The notes: generated from the sequence alone by a model not told the origin. Counted from the first letter of the stretch, positions 1 to 12,984 are shown. The stretch: 64,000 bases of DNA from Eledone cirrhosa (GCA_964016885.1 OZ024747.1:59458001-59522000), one strand, 5' to 3'. Numbers and translations are program-made.

Positions 1-49
1 GTTACTGAGTTTTGCAGATCCTACTGATCACACAAAATTCAGAGTAGCA

Positions 50-50
<1 letters not shown>

Positions 51-82
<32 letters not shown>

Positions 83-114
83 GTTGGGATAAGTTCGTCT
101 TGTGAACGGTAGTA

Positions 115-164
<50 letters not shown>

Positions 165-399
165 ACCAGCTCGGCTATTTAATGTTGATGGCATAAAATC
201 ATTCTGTTATCCCAAACAACGATTTTCAACTTTCTCAAAGATCCGCGTGCTTAATCTTGTTAACGAACACACAAACACACATTTATATATATATATATAT
301 ATATACAAATATATATATAGACAAATTTACATATAGCTATATAGATACACGCAATCTAACATATATTCACATAAAATCACAAACATACAAACCTATATA

Positions 400-432
<33 letters not shown>

Positions 433-781
433 CATACACACACATATATATATATAGAAACCCCCATATAAATATACACACCCTAATATACATATATACA
501 CATACAAGCCCACACACACACACACATATACACACTCACAAATCCTAATATACATATATGCACATACAAACCTACACATATATATATATACACACAGACA
601 TACACAAAACCACATATACATACCCATACACACGCACAAACGCATACATATCCAAACATATTAATCTATATATATATATATATATATCCATACACATATA
701 TAGACACACACACACACATTAAATATATATATATACATCCATACATACATATACACACATGCATATATAATATATATATCC

Positions 782-814
<33 letters not shown>

Positions 815-1253
815 CACACACACATATGCATATAATATATATATATATATATACACACATGCATATATAATATATATACACATATACACACATGCATATA
901 TAATATATATACACATATCCATACATATATATATATATATACATGTATACATATACACACATAAATATTCATATATATATATTAACACACAAACAATGTA
1001 TATCCATCCATATACATATATATATAAATATATACACAATATATATCCATACACAAATATATGTCCATATACATATATATCCATACACACACACACACAC
1101 ACCCACACACATCCATCCACACACACACACATCCATCCACACACATCCATCCATACACACACGCACACATCCATACACACACACACATATCCATACACAC
1201 ACACATATATATCCATACATATATATAAACACACACGTCACATACACACATAC

Positions 1254-1340
<87 letters not shown>
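51..1340. repeat. Compound (TA)n/(CA)n/(TG)n microsatellite field with short unique inserts
   Basis: Direct reading; ends in a pure (TG)n run at about 1257-1340. The Y/I/C/V/H/T-rich ORFs here are dinucleotide artefacts. Confidence 0.95.
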
Positions 1341-1343
<3 letters not shown>

Positions 1344-1665
1344 CTAAGGAATCCGTGACGAAAGCCACAACAGGATCGGATCATCTATTTCACTCAGCCA
1401 AACAATAAAATCCAAGCTGCTTTAACAAATATGAAAGTGAAGAGGAGAAAAAAAATGACAAATCATAAACATTTACTGATATGATACCCTAACATATACT
1501 TTCATTTTAAAGATAAAACAACCCAGAGTTAGAGTAATAAACATATCACGGAACAAGCAGCTAAATATTCAAATATATATATTTCAAATTGAAAGAAAAA
1601 CTAAAAAATATTTCGCACTACTAAGGAAAAGACTGGCCGTCTATCCAGCTACATCTTTTCATATA

Positions 1666-1701
<36 letters not shown>

Positions 1702-1754
1702 CGTGTTAATATATATACACACATATGTATATATATATATATATACATTATATA

Positions 1755-1797
<43 letters not shown>

Positions 1798-1859
1798 TAT
1801 ATCTATATACACACACCTATGTGTTTGTGTGTGCGCGCGCGCGTTCTGATGCGCGACTT

Positions 1860-2877
1860 GAAGAGATGAGGAGAAAAAAAATGCCGAAAAGAGGGAGGGG
1901 GGGAAAGGAATGAAAGAGAGAGAAGGAGAGAGAGGAGAGAGAGGAGAGAAAGAGAGGGTGAAATAAATAAATAAATAAATAAATAAATAAATATGGCCAA
2001 CTTACAGGGTTTTAAAGGATTCCAGAATGCAGCGAGTAACGTCCGAAAAAATATGAACTCGTGGAATAGAGACGTTGGCGTTTCCGTATACAAAATATTT
2101 TGTGTGTGTGGTGCAAACTATTGATTATATTTTGCTGAGTACAAAGAAAATGGCGTTGTATTGATAGGAGAGAGAGAGATAGAGAGAGAGAGAGAGAAGA
2201 GTGTGTGTGTGTGTATGTGAAAGGAAAAAAGAGGGTAGGAAAGAAAGAGAGGGAGCGAGGGAGGAAACAGAAGATGAAGCACAGGAGGAGGAGTAGGAGA
2301 TAGGCTAGAGAGAGAAGGTGGCTGGCGTGTGCCGCGATAGAGAGGAGAGTTGAAGTGTGAGGTAGAACCGAAGACAAAGTAGCAGCAGCAGCCACGGCGT
2401 ATGCCACGGGAATGAGGGAGTAACAGTGAGAGGTAAAGCGAACGGGACGGAACTGGGGGAAGGGGAGGGTGTAGTGCCGTGTTGGTAAGGTGGAAGGAGG
2501 AGGAGGAAGAAACGATAAATAAGCGTGCAGAGGGGAGCGGGAGGAGAATAAGGAGGAGGAAACGATAAGAAAGCGTGAAGGGAGAGGGGGATTAAGCGAA
2601 GAAGACAAAGTGAAAGGAGTGAACCGGCCTCGCGCTGAGAGAGAGACAGAGAAAAAGGATAAGAAGTGACGTGTGCCACATAAAGAAAGGAAGTAAGTGT
2701 CTGAGAGAGTGAGGTGAAGAGAAATAAAGAAATATAGACACAAAAAGACAGAGAGAGAGAGAAGTGAAATATATATAGACAAACGTATATAGACAAAAAG
2801 ACACACAAAGAAAGAGGGAAAGAGTGACAGAAAGAGGATGAGATGAAATATAAAGACAAATAGAGAGAAATATAGAA

Positions 2878-2915
<38 letters not shown>

Positions 2916-2960
2916 GGGGGGGGGGGGGGTAGAGAGAAATATATAGACAGAGAGAGGTAG

Positions 2961-2994
<34 letters not shown>

Positions 2995-3025
2995 GGAGAG
3001 AAATATAGAGATATATAGAGAGAGA
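1860..3025. repeat. Polypurine (GA/GGA-rich) low-complexity tract with (AAAT)n, (GA)n and (TA)n
   Basis: Strong purine strand bias; (AAAT)n at about 1961-1991 and several (GA)n runs. Confidence 0.85.
2006..2700 (-). promoter_or_regulatory. Candidate CpG-enriched promoter / non-coding first exon on the minus strand
   Basis: Locally raised GC and CpG; YY1-like AAAATGGCG at about 2147; TGACGTG at about 2668; canonical donor CT|GTAAGT on the minus strand at 2005-2000. No transcript evidence. Confidence 0.25.
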
Positions 3026-3477
3026 CGAAGTACCGGCGTCTGAGTAAAGCGTCTCCCGCTGCTTTCTATCCAAGACTCTTCGCTTCTTTTTCACTTTTGA
3101 AAAAGTGATCGGCTGACTGACTGACTGCTATTGCAGCATCTATCTATCCTGTGTATGCCTGAATGTATGTATATATGTGTATATACATATATGTGTGTGT
3201 GTATGAGAGAGAAAGAGAGAGACGACTACCACGACACGGTTCTCTCTCTCTCTCTAATCATCATATATACTCACCTGACTTTAATGTTTTCTTGTTGGAC
3301 CTGCATCGCTTCCGACACAGCAGTATTAAGCCCACAAGCGAACAACCGAACGCCCCTTTAGACTTTCAGGTATTCTGCACCCTGCCCTACCCTACCTCTG
3401 GAGAAAAATAAAGAAAAAATAAAATTGGTTTCAGCTTCATCGTATTACCCAGGGAGTTTTAGCGTGATTGGTACAAC

Positions 3478-3595
3478 TAATTTTCCCCAGCTGAGTGGAC
3501 TGGAGCAAATGTGAATTAAAGTGTCTTGCCTAAGGACAGAACGAAGCCACTCAATTCATGAGCCGATAACCCTAACCACTAAACCATGCACCTTT
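3478..3595 (-). mobile_element. tRNA-head SINE (family A), degenerate
   Basis: Reverse complement reads TGGTTTAGTGG (A-box-like) ... GTCCTTAGGCAAGACACTT ... TGCTCCAGTCCACTCAGCTG, matching the copies at 10961, 21030 and 38236. Confidence 0.7.
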
Positions 3596-3604
3596 ACAAC
3601 TTCC

Positions 3605-3790
3605 ATAATGTTGGACCCCCGTCGGTGTCGACGACGAATGTTCGAATTGTTTGACCAACGGAACCTGCACGTGAAATTTACGTGCAAGTAGCTGAGATTT
3701 CCACAGATACATGTACTCTAAACATAGTTCTCAGGGAGATTCAGCGTCACAAGAATAGTCCTTTGAAAATACAGACAGTCCATCTTGTAA
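3605..3790. mobile_element. Dispersed repeat fragment, probably a SINE body or 3' part; related copies at about 4410-4560 and 43815-43905
   Basis: Shared motifs CAACGGAAC...TGCAAGT...TTCCACAGA...TAGTTCTCAGGG...CCTTTGAA among the three loci. Confidence 0.45.
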
Positions 3791-5767
3791 ACACAGTGCG
3801 CAACAAAGTTGGCACTTAAGTTCATTTCCGTCTAATGTCTTACCAACGCGCTTCCTGGATATCAAACTCACGACCCTACTGTCATGAGTCCACCAATGCT
3901 AACCAGCAAGCCTTAAACGACAACAATTCGGAATCCGGCAACAGTGGATGCCATGTCACTTACAAAGCAAGCAGAACAATAAGTAGCTAAACCTTAGGTA
4001 AAGAGATACAATAGATAAAGTGTAGGCGAGGAATCGTGACAGATGAGAGATGTTAGAATATCGAACTGTTAGTAGGGGGTAGAAAATGACAATTTAGTGA
4101 AACGAGGAGGTGTGTGCATAAATAGGCAGGTAGGTGTGTGCGTGTGTGTGCGTACTAAATCCAACTATGATGTATTGAATATTGGCGGTGTAAAGAATGG
4201 CTTACATGAAAAATACTTATTTTACTGAAATTTATTTCCGTCGACATTATATGCCGATGACTATACTACATGAGGTTGAAACATATGTCCACAGATGTCC
4301 CTCATCTCCAAGGCACATTAAAAATCAATCGTAATTTTCTTTCTTAATCTCTATACTTATCATTATAATGACTTTACTTACGACTTCTGTGTGTGTGTGT
4401 TGGACCTCCAACGGTTCCGACAACTAGAGATCCAATTAAAACAACGGAACAGTCAGCTCATGGAATTAAAGTGCCAGTTGCAAAGAATTCCGCAGACACG
4501 TGGGCCTTTAACGTAGTAGTCAGGGGCAGTGTGCAACAAGGTAAAACTCATTTTTCCAACTTACTGGACTGGGTAACGTGTAATATAGTGTCTTGCTTCA
4601 AGTCAACAAACCACTCATAATCGTATTGGATACATTTTATCGTGACCATGACACTATGGAAGCTTCTTTGTCCTTACGAAACGAAATAGACCTCTTTGCT
4701 CTACTTAGGGTAGATGTAACCGAAATTGTGGGAACTAGAGTGATTTTTGAGCAAGAGTGTAAAAAAAGAACGAGTATGAGTATAATGTGACAGGAAAAAA
4801 AAAGAGAAAGACACTGACAGCTACATGTTGGTAGAAGTCTGTGATCAATGATGGGAGAGAAATAAGATGAATCCCGGTATAGTAGTTGTCAATTAAAACA
4901 ACGAGGGAGAAAGGATGATAGTACCAAAAGGTGAAGGTAGGGGATTGAAATATACACAGATCAGCTATTTCTCGTTACACAGTCGGAGTGATGATAGAGG
5001 AATAGCATACGGATAAATAATTAAATGCCCTCGAAAAGAGAAGTAGTTAATAGGGAAATAGATGGATATTTAATATAAGTGTATTGGGCCGTGGAACATC
5101 ATACATCCCATCCTCTATTGCCACCACCATTATTTAACGAAGTTTCGCTGTACCTATAGCAGTGGGCGGGTCTTTTCCTGTACCCAGAGAAACAATCACC
5201 ACAATACTTTGACATCCCCTTCAAAAGACTGAGCCACTTCATCCCAAGCCTTCTTAGGTATGCCTCTACTACAGGTACCATCTACTTCAAGCATAAGGCA
5301 CTTCTTTATCTAGCTAACATTGCCCATACTCATCACATGAGCATACCCAGAGTCTTCTCTCTTGCCCACAGAATCAGTTATCTTTCATATAATATACATC
5401 ACATCATTTGTGCTTCGTGGGTCATGCAAATTCACGTTAAACGTATAGCAGACCATACTGGATTCATTTCTTTCCATCTGTCGTGAATCTCTCGTATTCA
5501 ATGCCTAGATTTCGCTAACAGTCAACAACACATACCGTACACCTATCATACAAACTAGACTCTTCTTTGCGAGCAGAGGTGCTAACACTCATCTCCACTG
5601 TTAATTAAGTCATTTAAATAGCAGAAGCCCTCAACAGCTTCCAGTGCAACTTCCAGGGGTTTTTAAGGAATTTATTCCACATGTATCCTTACTGCTAACT
5701 ACACTTTTTGTGCCCACTCTTCACTCTGGGAACACAGTGCAGAATTTCTGCCTACAGAAGTCCAAAA

Positions 5768-5827
5768 TGCGCACGCACACGACGCGCGCGCGCACAAGCA
5801 CACACGCACACGACGCGCGCGCGCACA

Positions 5828-5893
<66 letters not shown>
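5768..5893. repeat. (CA)n microsatellite preceded by GACGCGCGCGCGCACAAGC duplication
   Basis: Direct reading. Confidence 0.9.
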
Positions 5894-6289
5894 TTATTAT
5901 TATTGACAGGTACGCTTCGCAATCATTAGGTCTCGTATTCGATCCCACTTCATGGTACCTTGGGCAAGTGTCATTTACCATAGCCGCAGAGAGAGAGAGA
6001 ACCAAACCTTCTGAGTCAAACTGGATAAATGGAAACCGTTTCGAAGCCCATCGGACGGACTATACATGTAATTGAAAAAATCTAGCCTTGTTACACACAA
6101 TATCACGCTATATACCCCCAAGAATTACGCTAAAGGTACACGTGAATGTGGAATGCTCAGCCACTTACAGGTTAATTCAGAAGCAAACAGTTCCGTTGAT
6201 GAAACAACTGGAATGCTCATCCTTAAAAGGAAATCCGTGTGTGTGGGGGGGGGGGGAGGTGTGTGTGTGCGAATCATGGGTTCAATCGT

Positions 6290-6395
6290 GGGTAACCATA
6301 GATAGTAAGGTACTCAAAACATTAGTGGAGTGTAAACATCAAGTTTAATATAGAAATGGCTTCTAGTCCTGTAGAAGCCATTTCTATATTAAACT
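6290..6395. repeat. Dispersed element ending in a 24-bp-arm hairpin (AGTTTAATATAGAAATGGCTTCTA-gtcctg-TAGAAGCCATTTCTATATTAAACT)
   Basis: Perfect arms 6342-6365 and 6372-6395; homologous copies at 17025-17140 (opposite orientation) and 46058-46175; related hairpin at 16875-16928. Confidence 0.8.
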
Positions 6396-7164
6396 CGATA
6401 TATATATGCAAAAGGCAAAAGTAAACGACAGCACAATGAAGAAATATATTAATTTTACGCTTGATATAGTAGGAAAAGAGTTAACATTTCGGACGTTAGT
6501 CCTTCATCAGAAAATAGAATGGGAAATTAAAGAAAAACTGAATATAAAAGGAATCAAATGGTGTGTGACGTGTGATATGGATATGTGATGTGTATGGATG
6601 ATGTACGTTGGGTGAACAGGTGGCAGGAGATCCCAGGGAGCTGCAACAAAGGAAAATCCAAGGCAGACTTGGGTAGAGGAGATGATGAAAGAATGTAACA
6701 AGTGGAGGGAGGTCGTGCAAGAAAGGACACATCCAACCCATGCAAGTATGGAAAAACAAATATAAAAGGATGATGATGATGTTTTATATGCAAATAAGCA
6801 AGTAGGTCTGTCAAATACATAAATCTGAACATAGATACACCCAGAACAAAAGCAAAGTAATTATTGAATACCCTATATATAAATACACTCAGAAAACGAA
6901 GCCAACAATAAGCAAAACATCTAGTGGATAAGACCATCGAATTCCAAACACATAAACAATACCTTCATAAAAACAAATTCAATCATGAATTAAATGTCTA
7001 TACTAATCCCAACCCCTGACTTGCTCTAAATATGATTATGGAGAGAGACTTTTTCAAGCTGCAGCCGTCAAATATATTTAATCACATGTAACAACATATT
7101 CAATGTGTTTCGTCACCAGCAATAACAAAATAATAAACAAACATCAACCTCCCATCTGTAGTTG

Positions 7165-7460
7165 AACCCATTAGTTACCAACCCAGCCAAAACCAGCTCT
7201 GGTTCTATGAAATAAAACCACCCATTTTAAAGGTTTCCAATTTATATTAAAATCTTCCAACATGATTTTATATAAGAACCTTACATTAAGTTACTATTTT
7301 AGTAATGAAACAATTAATTTTAGTAAATCCCTCAAAATTCTTCATTAGTTAATTAAAATGAAGTATTTTCATTAGAAATGCTGTCATGAAAGGGTTAACC
7401 CTTTAGTTACCAATCCAGCTCTGGATCTATGAAATAGGATCACCCATTTTAAAGGTTATC
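7165..7460. mobile_element. piggyBac-like MITE (TTAA-flanked, CCCTTT...AAAGGG ends) followed by the start of a second copy
   Basis: AACCCATTAGTTACC start; AAAGGG-TTAA-CCCTTTAGTTACC junction at about 7389-7410; internal CAGCTCTGGTTCTATGAAA also seen inverted at 21555-21570 and 21750-21770. Confidence 0.55.
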
Positions 7461-8031
7461 AGCCATTCCATTTTATGGGGGTTCCTTCCTTAGGCAAGAT
7501 GTTCTCCCCTGATTTGGTGGAAGATAGCAGTCCATTTATATAATTCTTCTTCTTGTATAACATATGCACAGTAGTTAGAGAGGCTGGTTGTGACTGGTGA
7601 GCCAGACCAAGGTGTCATTTGCAGCATCAACAAGACTCAATACTAAACACTAAACTAGTTTCCTCATCGGTCAGTAAGGAATTCAAAAGGTTTCTTTAAC
7701 CAGAGTAAATTATGGATATTCAGGTGCTATTATTATTATATTTTCATTATATAAAGGCAGCCCAGCATCTGACTGTGGAGACCTTGACCAGACAGTACTG
7801 CAGTTTGTTCAGGATTGCCCCCTCAAACGTTTTCCCAGCAGCCTGGCAGCTATCCATGATGCTGCAAATGACACCTTGGTCTGGCTCACCAGTCACAACC
7901 AGCCTCTCTAACTACTGTGCATATGTTATACAAGAAGAAGAATTATATAAATGGACTGCTATCTTCTTCCACCAAATCAGGGGAGAACATCTTGCCTAAG
8001 GAAGGAACCACCATGAAATGGAATGGCTGAT
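7459..8031. repeat. Long inverted repeat, arms of about 170 bp (7459-7629 and 7857-8031) around a spacer of about 225 bp
   Basis: Arms are near-perfect reverse complements, e.g. GCCAGACCAAGGTGTCATTTGCAGCATCA versus TGATGCTGCAAATGACACCTTGGTCTGGC. Confidence 0.9.
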
Positions 8032-8423
8032 GTTGCAGGTACTGCAACTTTCAGGATATGGAATGGACCATATATTTTGAAGTGAGGTTGTGCAGGTCCA
8101 GTAGATAAGTGGCATTTTAGTTTTTATGTTGTATTTTCATGGAAGACATACATAAGTCATCATTATCATCATCGTTTAACGTCTATTTTCCATGCTTGCA
8201 TGGGTAAAATGTATAAGTGAGTGTGGGTGTGTGGGTAAAATCATGGAGTCCAGTTATCACAGTTGTCAGAGCTTAGAAATACAAGGTTCACCAAGACTTA
8301 AAACACAAACTTCAGCATCCTGGGATGTATTACAAAAACAAAATCTTCATATAAAAGGCAAATACAGAAATCTGGGCGGTAGTCTGGTAACCCATAAGAT
8401 GTAATAACAATCCAAAATAGTGA

Positions 8424-8560
8424 GGGTACATGCCCTAGTGTTGGTCTCATGATCATAAGGTTGTGGGTTTGATTCCTGGATCAGATAGCGTGTTGCATTT
8501 TTGAGCAAGATACTTCATCTCATTTTTCATGATAGGATTGGGTTCTCTGTTATTAAAAGC
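8424..8560 (+). mobile_element. tRNA-head SINE (family A), degenerate
   Basis: GGGTTTGATTCC B-box-like motif followed by TTGAGCAAGATACTT. Confidence 0.6.
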
Positions 8561-9221
8561 TTCCAAGAAAACTATGTGATACAAACTCGTAGGAGGCCAA
8601 CTAATCCTATACAAGCGGGAGATGTAAATTTAATTTCATTTCTGTTCAATTACCAAGAGTTTAAAATACAAGCTTCACAATCTGGGAGTACACAACAGAA
8701 TAGATGTATACTGTAAAAACACACAGCAATCAGAATCCACATACGGTGTTGGATAATCCTATTCAGCTATCTGAGCCAATTGAAATGGCTGGTCAGGTAA
8801 ATAACCATGTCACCCTTCAGTATGGAATTCCAGTGCAGTACTGAGTATATAGGTTGGAGGAGGAGAAATGAAGCGAGAACGATGCAGGCATGTTCAGAAA
8901 TGTTATCCAGTTGGCAGACATTATTCGGTGAGAAAACATGCTTGAATGATTGCAAAGTAAAACTTTCTTGTCTGCAGGCAAAAGAAGGAGGTCTCTCCCC
9001 TCATTTTCAAAACATTTGTTGGCAATGTCAGATTTTCAACTGTTCTGGCACATGGAAATAACATTTAGTAATGCACCTATTATATATTTTCACCTTTGAG
9101 AGTATACTTCACCTTTTGTGTCTATACTCCACCTAATACACCAAGTGTATTTGTATGTTTTCACTTTTGATCTGTAATTTTGTGATATCACTGCATTTTC
9201 CAACATCATATAGTCTTAATC

Positions 9222-9277
<56 letters not shown>

Positions 9278-9516
9278 GACCTTAAAAGTTTGGCACAAAA
9301 TCACTTAATGAATTTAAATTGATATATTAAGGATGACAAAAACTTGAGAGAGAGAGGAGGGGGTAGAGAGAGGGGGAGGGAGGGAGATGGAGAGCAAGAG
9401 AGAAGGAGAGTGAGAAGGGGGAGATCGAGATTGAGATAACTAAAGATGCAGTGATTTCACAAACTTTGCTAAGTACTCCTACTCTTCTTTCTTCCCCCCC
9501 CCCCTTCATATAATTA

Positions 9517-10028
9517 AGGCTGGATTTAGACCTTAGAGGACCCTTCATTACACACCAAGGCCCCATATCAAAACCGGCTGGAACAAGTAATTGAAACTGA
9601 AAAGTTATACATACAGGTATCAAATTTTAAAAAAATCTAACCATCCTCATTTTATGTCCACTTTTGATACTGCATGTGTTGGACAGGTTGTCACAGTCCG
9701 AGACCAGACATATCGCATCAACTTCATCTTGCTATGCATTACATATTTGGTATAGTTTCTATGGCTGGATGCCCTTCCTAATCCTTTTAGAGTGTGCATT
9801 GTTTTTGTGATACCAACACAATTACTTTTACACAGCAACATCAACAAGTATTGTTCTAATAATAACCTGATGTCTCTAAAGTTGAGAAAATTAACTACTT
9901 TTTGTTAAAAATATAGTTCTCTGTCAAAAAAACAGCAGAGGGCACAAATAAATTCCTATGGCTGTCGCTGGTGGGGCCCCTCAATGCAGGTGGCCTAGGG
10001 CAGTTGCCCTCCATTAAATCTAGCCCAG
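9517..10028. mobile_element. Possible hAT-type MITE with an internal RTE-tail fragment
   Basis: Imperfect termini GGCTGGATTTA ... TAAATCTAGCC with subterminal GGCCCC/GGGGCCCC motifs; no TSD resolved. Confidence 0.35.
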
Positions 10029-10569
10029 CATATAATGTACAGATATCCTACTTTCATTTTACCAAAATATTTTGTACTAAACCGTTCAGCTTTAATCTTT
10101 CTGTATGTATGAATATATTTATGTATGTAAATATCTGTGTGCTATGAGCATCATTTTATGTCTATTCTCCTCTGGGTGGGGTTTTTACAGCCACTGTCAG
10201 TTCTTATTTGGAGTTATGATCCTTCTAGATTGATAGGGGGGATCAAAACTTGCTCTCTTGTTTCATTCAATCTCCTAGCAATAATCATTATCTCACAACC
10301 ATCCTATAGCTGTGTTTCCCCTATCATACTCATAATGGTTTCAACCATTGCTTTGAATGAATGCAGTATTCTCTAAAATAACTAAAACTCATCTTTGACA
10401 ACAGGGGTAGAGTAGTTATTGGGAATAAACATGGAGTTACATGAATATTAAAATAACTGTATACGCACACTATTTAGTAAAAGTTCAGAGTAACAGTGCT
10501 CCTCAGCACACTGTTGTACTGTGCAACACTGAGATTCTAGTTCAAAATGTAAAAATATACAAATTGAAA

Positions 10570-10937
10570 TCTTTATATATATAAAAGCAAGGATGTGTGT
10601 GTATCTGTGTACAACTTTGGATACCTAAGGCTTTTACAATTACCAACCGAATTTGACCTAATTTTCTGTGCACGTTGCACAGGTCGCTAAGATGGACACA
10701 TCAAACATTTTTTCCAATCGACCCACGTTGAGCAATAAAAAAAAAAAAAAAAAAAAAATCGATATCAAAATTATCGGTAGCAAAATTGATGTAAGGGAGA
10801 TAACCAACTTTATTGACAATCCTTATAAAGAGACTGCTTATTTTGACAGGTTGGGGATAAATAATGTTCTTTTACTTCCTAGCTGTATATTCTTAGCATA
10901 ATTTCAAACCCCGAGCAACGCCGGGTAAATCTGCTAG
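10570..10937 (+). mobile_element. Non-autonomous Helitron
   Basis: Starts A|TCTTTATATATATAAAAG; subterminal GC hairpin CCCGAGCAACGCCGGG; ends CTAG|T. Inserted between A and T with no TSD, which are the canonical Helitron hallmarks. Confidence 0.8.
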
Positions 10938-10960
10938 TCTGTAATAAAGTACATATACAT

Positions 10961-11080
10961 AGGTGTGTGGCTGAGTGGTTAGCAAATAGGATTTACAATC
11001 GCGAGGTTGTGAATTCGATTCCAAGACAGAGCAATGAGTTATGTCCTTGAGCAAGACACTTTATTTCACGTTGCTCCTAC
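10961..11080 (+). mobile_element. tRNA-head SINE (family A)
   Basis: A box TGGCTGAGTGG and B box GAATTCGATTCC, then GTCCTTGAGCAAGACACTTTATTTCACGTTGCTCC. Confidence 0.8.
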
Positions 11081-11399
11081 CTAGATTTGCAACCGATAGA
11101 TAGTATGAGCAATTTGAAAGACCAATGGAATCATCGTTTCCTTGGTCCGATTTGTTCTCAAGTGTGTTGCAAGGAAATAAAAAAAGTTTAAGAACTACTG
11201 GTTTAGATTCATACATTGAAAATAAAGAGAATGTTTCATGAGACTTACATTAATAAAAAATATACACTAGGGGGTCAGAAAATTAACACACCAAATGTAA
11301 ACATTCATTTTACCCCCAAAGCTGTAGGCTAAAGATATACACCAGCTTTCTAAGTCACTAACAAAAAGGTACAGTAATTACATATATACATATGCATTC

Positions 11400-12050
11400 A
11401 TGTGTCATCTCCTCTATGAGGTTCAGCATTTTAAATACCACTCTCACCACTTCTGCCCAAGTTTTCTTTGGCCTTCCTCAACTAGTTTCCTTCCACTGGA
11501 AAATCCCGACACTTCTTCACCCAATGATTATCATCTATATACATCACATTGCCACACAAGCATAATTTTCTCTCTTGCATGCAACATTAGATTCCTGTTG
11601 AACTCAGTTTCTCTCTCTCAGATCATCCATACTTTGCTGTTCATACCCATTATCCTCGCACATCCATTGAAGACGCTCACATTATTCGCCTTCAGCCTCC
11701 ACACACCCTCAACATATCCTGCCCATGTTTCATTCCAATGCAACATTGCACTTTACAGGTAGCCTTTCAATCTTAACCCTTTAGCATTTAAACCGGCTGT
11801 ATCTGGCCAGTATTCTCTCACCTCTTTTTGTTCGAACTGGCTGCTCATACTGATGGTAAGGTATAGTTCTCAAAGTAAATATCAAAATCTCATAGATTCG
11901 ATATTATGTGAGATAATTATGAAAGAAAGTATTTACTGTGAAAATACAATAGTAAATATAGACTAATGCTAATGGTTTAAAGAGAAACATTTTGTTGTCA
12001 ACAGAGGTAGTAGCTCCCTGAACTTTATATCCTGTTCTTATTCTTTAAGA
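11400..12050 (-). pseudogene. Degenerate RTE-LINE 3' ORF relic, interrupted by a TTAA MITE
   Basis: Minus strand gives RIRTG..FRELLPLLTTK.FSL|RLKG..., homologous to RVRTGWKKFRELIPRLAAKGFSLKMKG of the 19571 ORF. Confidence 0.7.
11774..11979. mobile_element. piggyBac-like MITE
   Basis: TTAA-CCCTTTAGCATT ... AATGCTAATGGT-TTAA; removing it restores the host RTE frame; homologous copy at 17366-17561. Confidence 0.75.
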
Positions 12051-12642
12051 GCAACCATCTCTGTGTGTTATTATTATTACCTTGTGTCTAATTATTTTGT
12101 CCTGGGGTTATACCAACTAAAAACCCACAAGGGACTAGGAAACATATAAAGTAAACTAAGTACTGTATAAAAACCATATTATGTGTGTGTGTGTCAACAG
12201 CTTCATATAACGTCTACTTTCGCTATATGAATATATATTCCAGACTGGAATTAGCTGTCAAACTGGCAAGAGCTCAGCCGCCAGGCCTTGACTATAATAT
12301 ATATGCACACATACATGTATATAGAGATATATATACATATATCCATACATCAATTGAAGCAAAAATATAACACTGAAATAGCTGATAATGTCAGGCACGC
12401 CAAGGGAGATAATCAGTTCATAACTAAAAGTTAATAAATATATATCAAGTATAAAACGAGCATGAAAATAAAATATATTAACGGTAATATATTTACCAAA
12501 AAAAATAAAATAAAAAAATTATGAAACCAAATTAGAAATTAATGTAAACACAAGATAATGGGGGAAATAACCAAAGTTTGAATAATACCAAGGATAACTA
12601 ACATGGCTAGACTTCTATATTTTCTAGTGTATGAGATGCAAT

Positions 12643-12965
12643 TTCATCATCATCACTGCTTTAGATCTGTTTTTGAAGCTGGTATGGATTGGACGGGTTG
12701 GCACATTATGTGAGATTAGATAGGTTAGATGACCATGTCACAGTTTGTTATGGTTTCTACAGCTGCATGCTCTTCCTAACACCAACCACTTTAAAGAGTG
12801 TACTAGATGCATTTTATCATGGCACTAACACTACCAATTTATAGTGTGTACTGGATCATTATACTGTGGCACCAGTACTACCATTTTACTGAGTGCCTTC
12901 AGTCCATTTTATTGTGGCATTGGCACTACCACTTTACAAAGTGGACTGGGGACATTTCTTATCAA
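12643..12965 (-). mobile_element. RTE 3'-UTR/tail fragment with an amplified internal ~40-50 bp repeat
   Basis: (CAT)n tail, TTTCTACAGCTGCATGCTCTTCCTAACACCAACCAC, and repeated ACCACTTTA..AGTG units. Confidence 0.65.
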
Positions 12966-12984
12966 AAATTCACCTGCGTCCTAT

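Noticed and set aside
367-1368. Multiple 90-170 aa ORFs (also 39085-40670, 41021-43416 and similar)
   Set aside because: These are translations of (TA)n/(CA)n repeats, open in several frames at once, with no protein-like complexity.
1343-1385. CTAAGGA...CGAAAG hammerhead-like string
   Set aside because: The core is mismatched and there is no convincing stem I or III.
2012-3094. 360-aa S/L/F-rich minus-strand ORF
   Set aside because: It reflects CT-rich low complexity that lacks stops, includes microsatellites and has no recognisable domain.
10961-11035. tRNA gene
   Set aside because: It has A and B boxes but no clean cloverleaf and continues into a SINE core shared with other copies.
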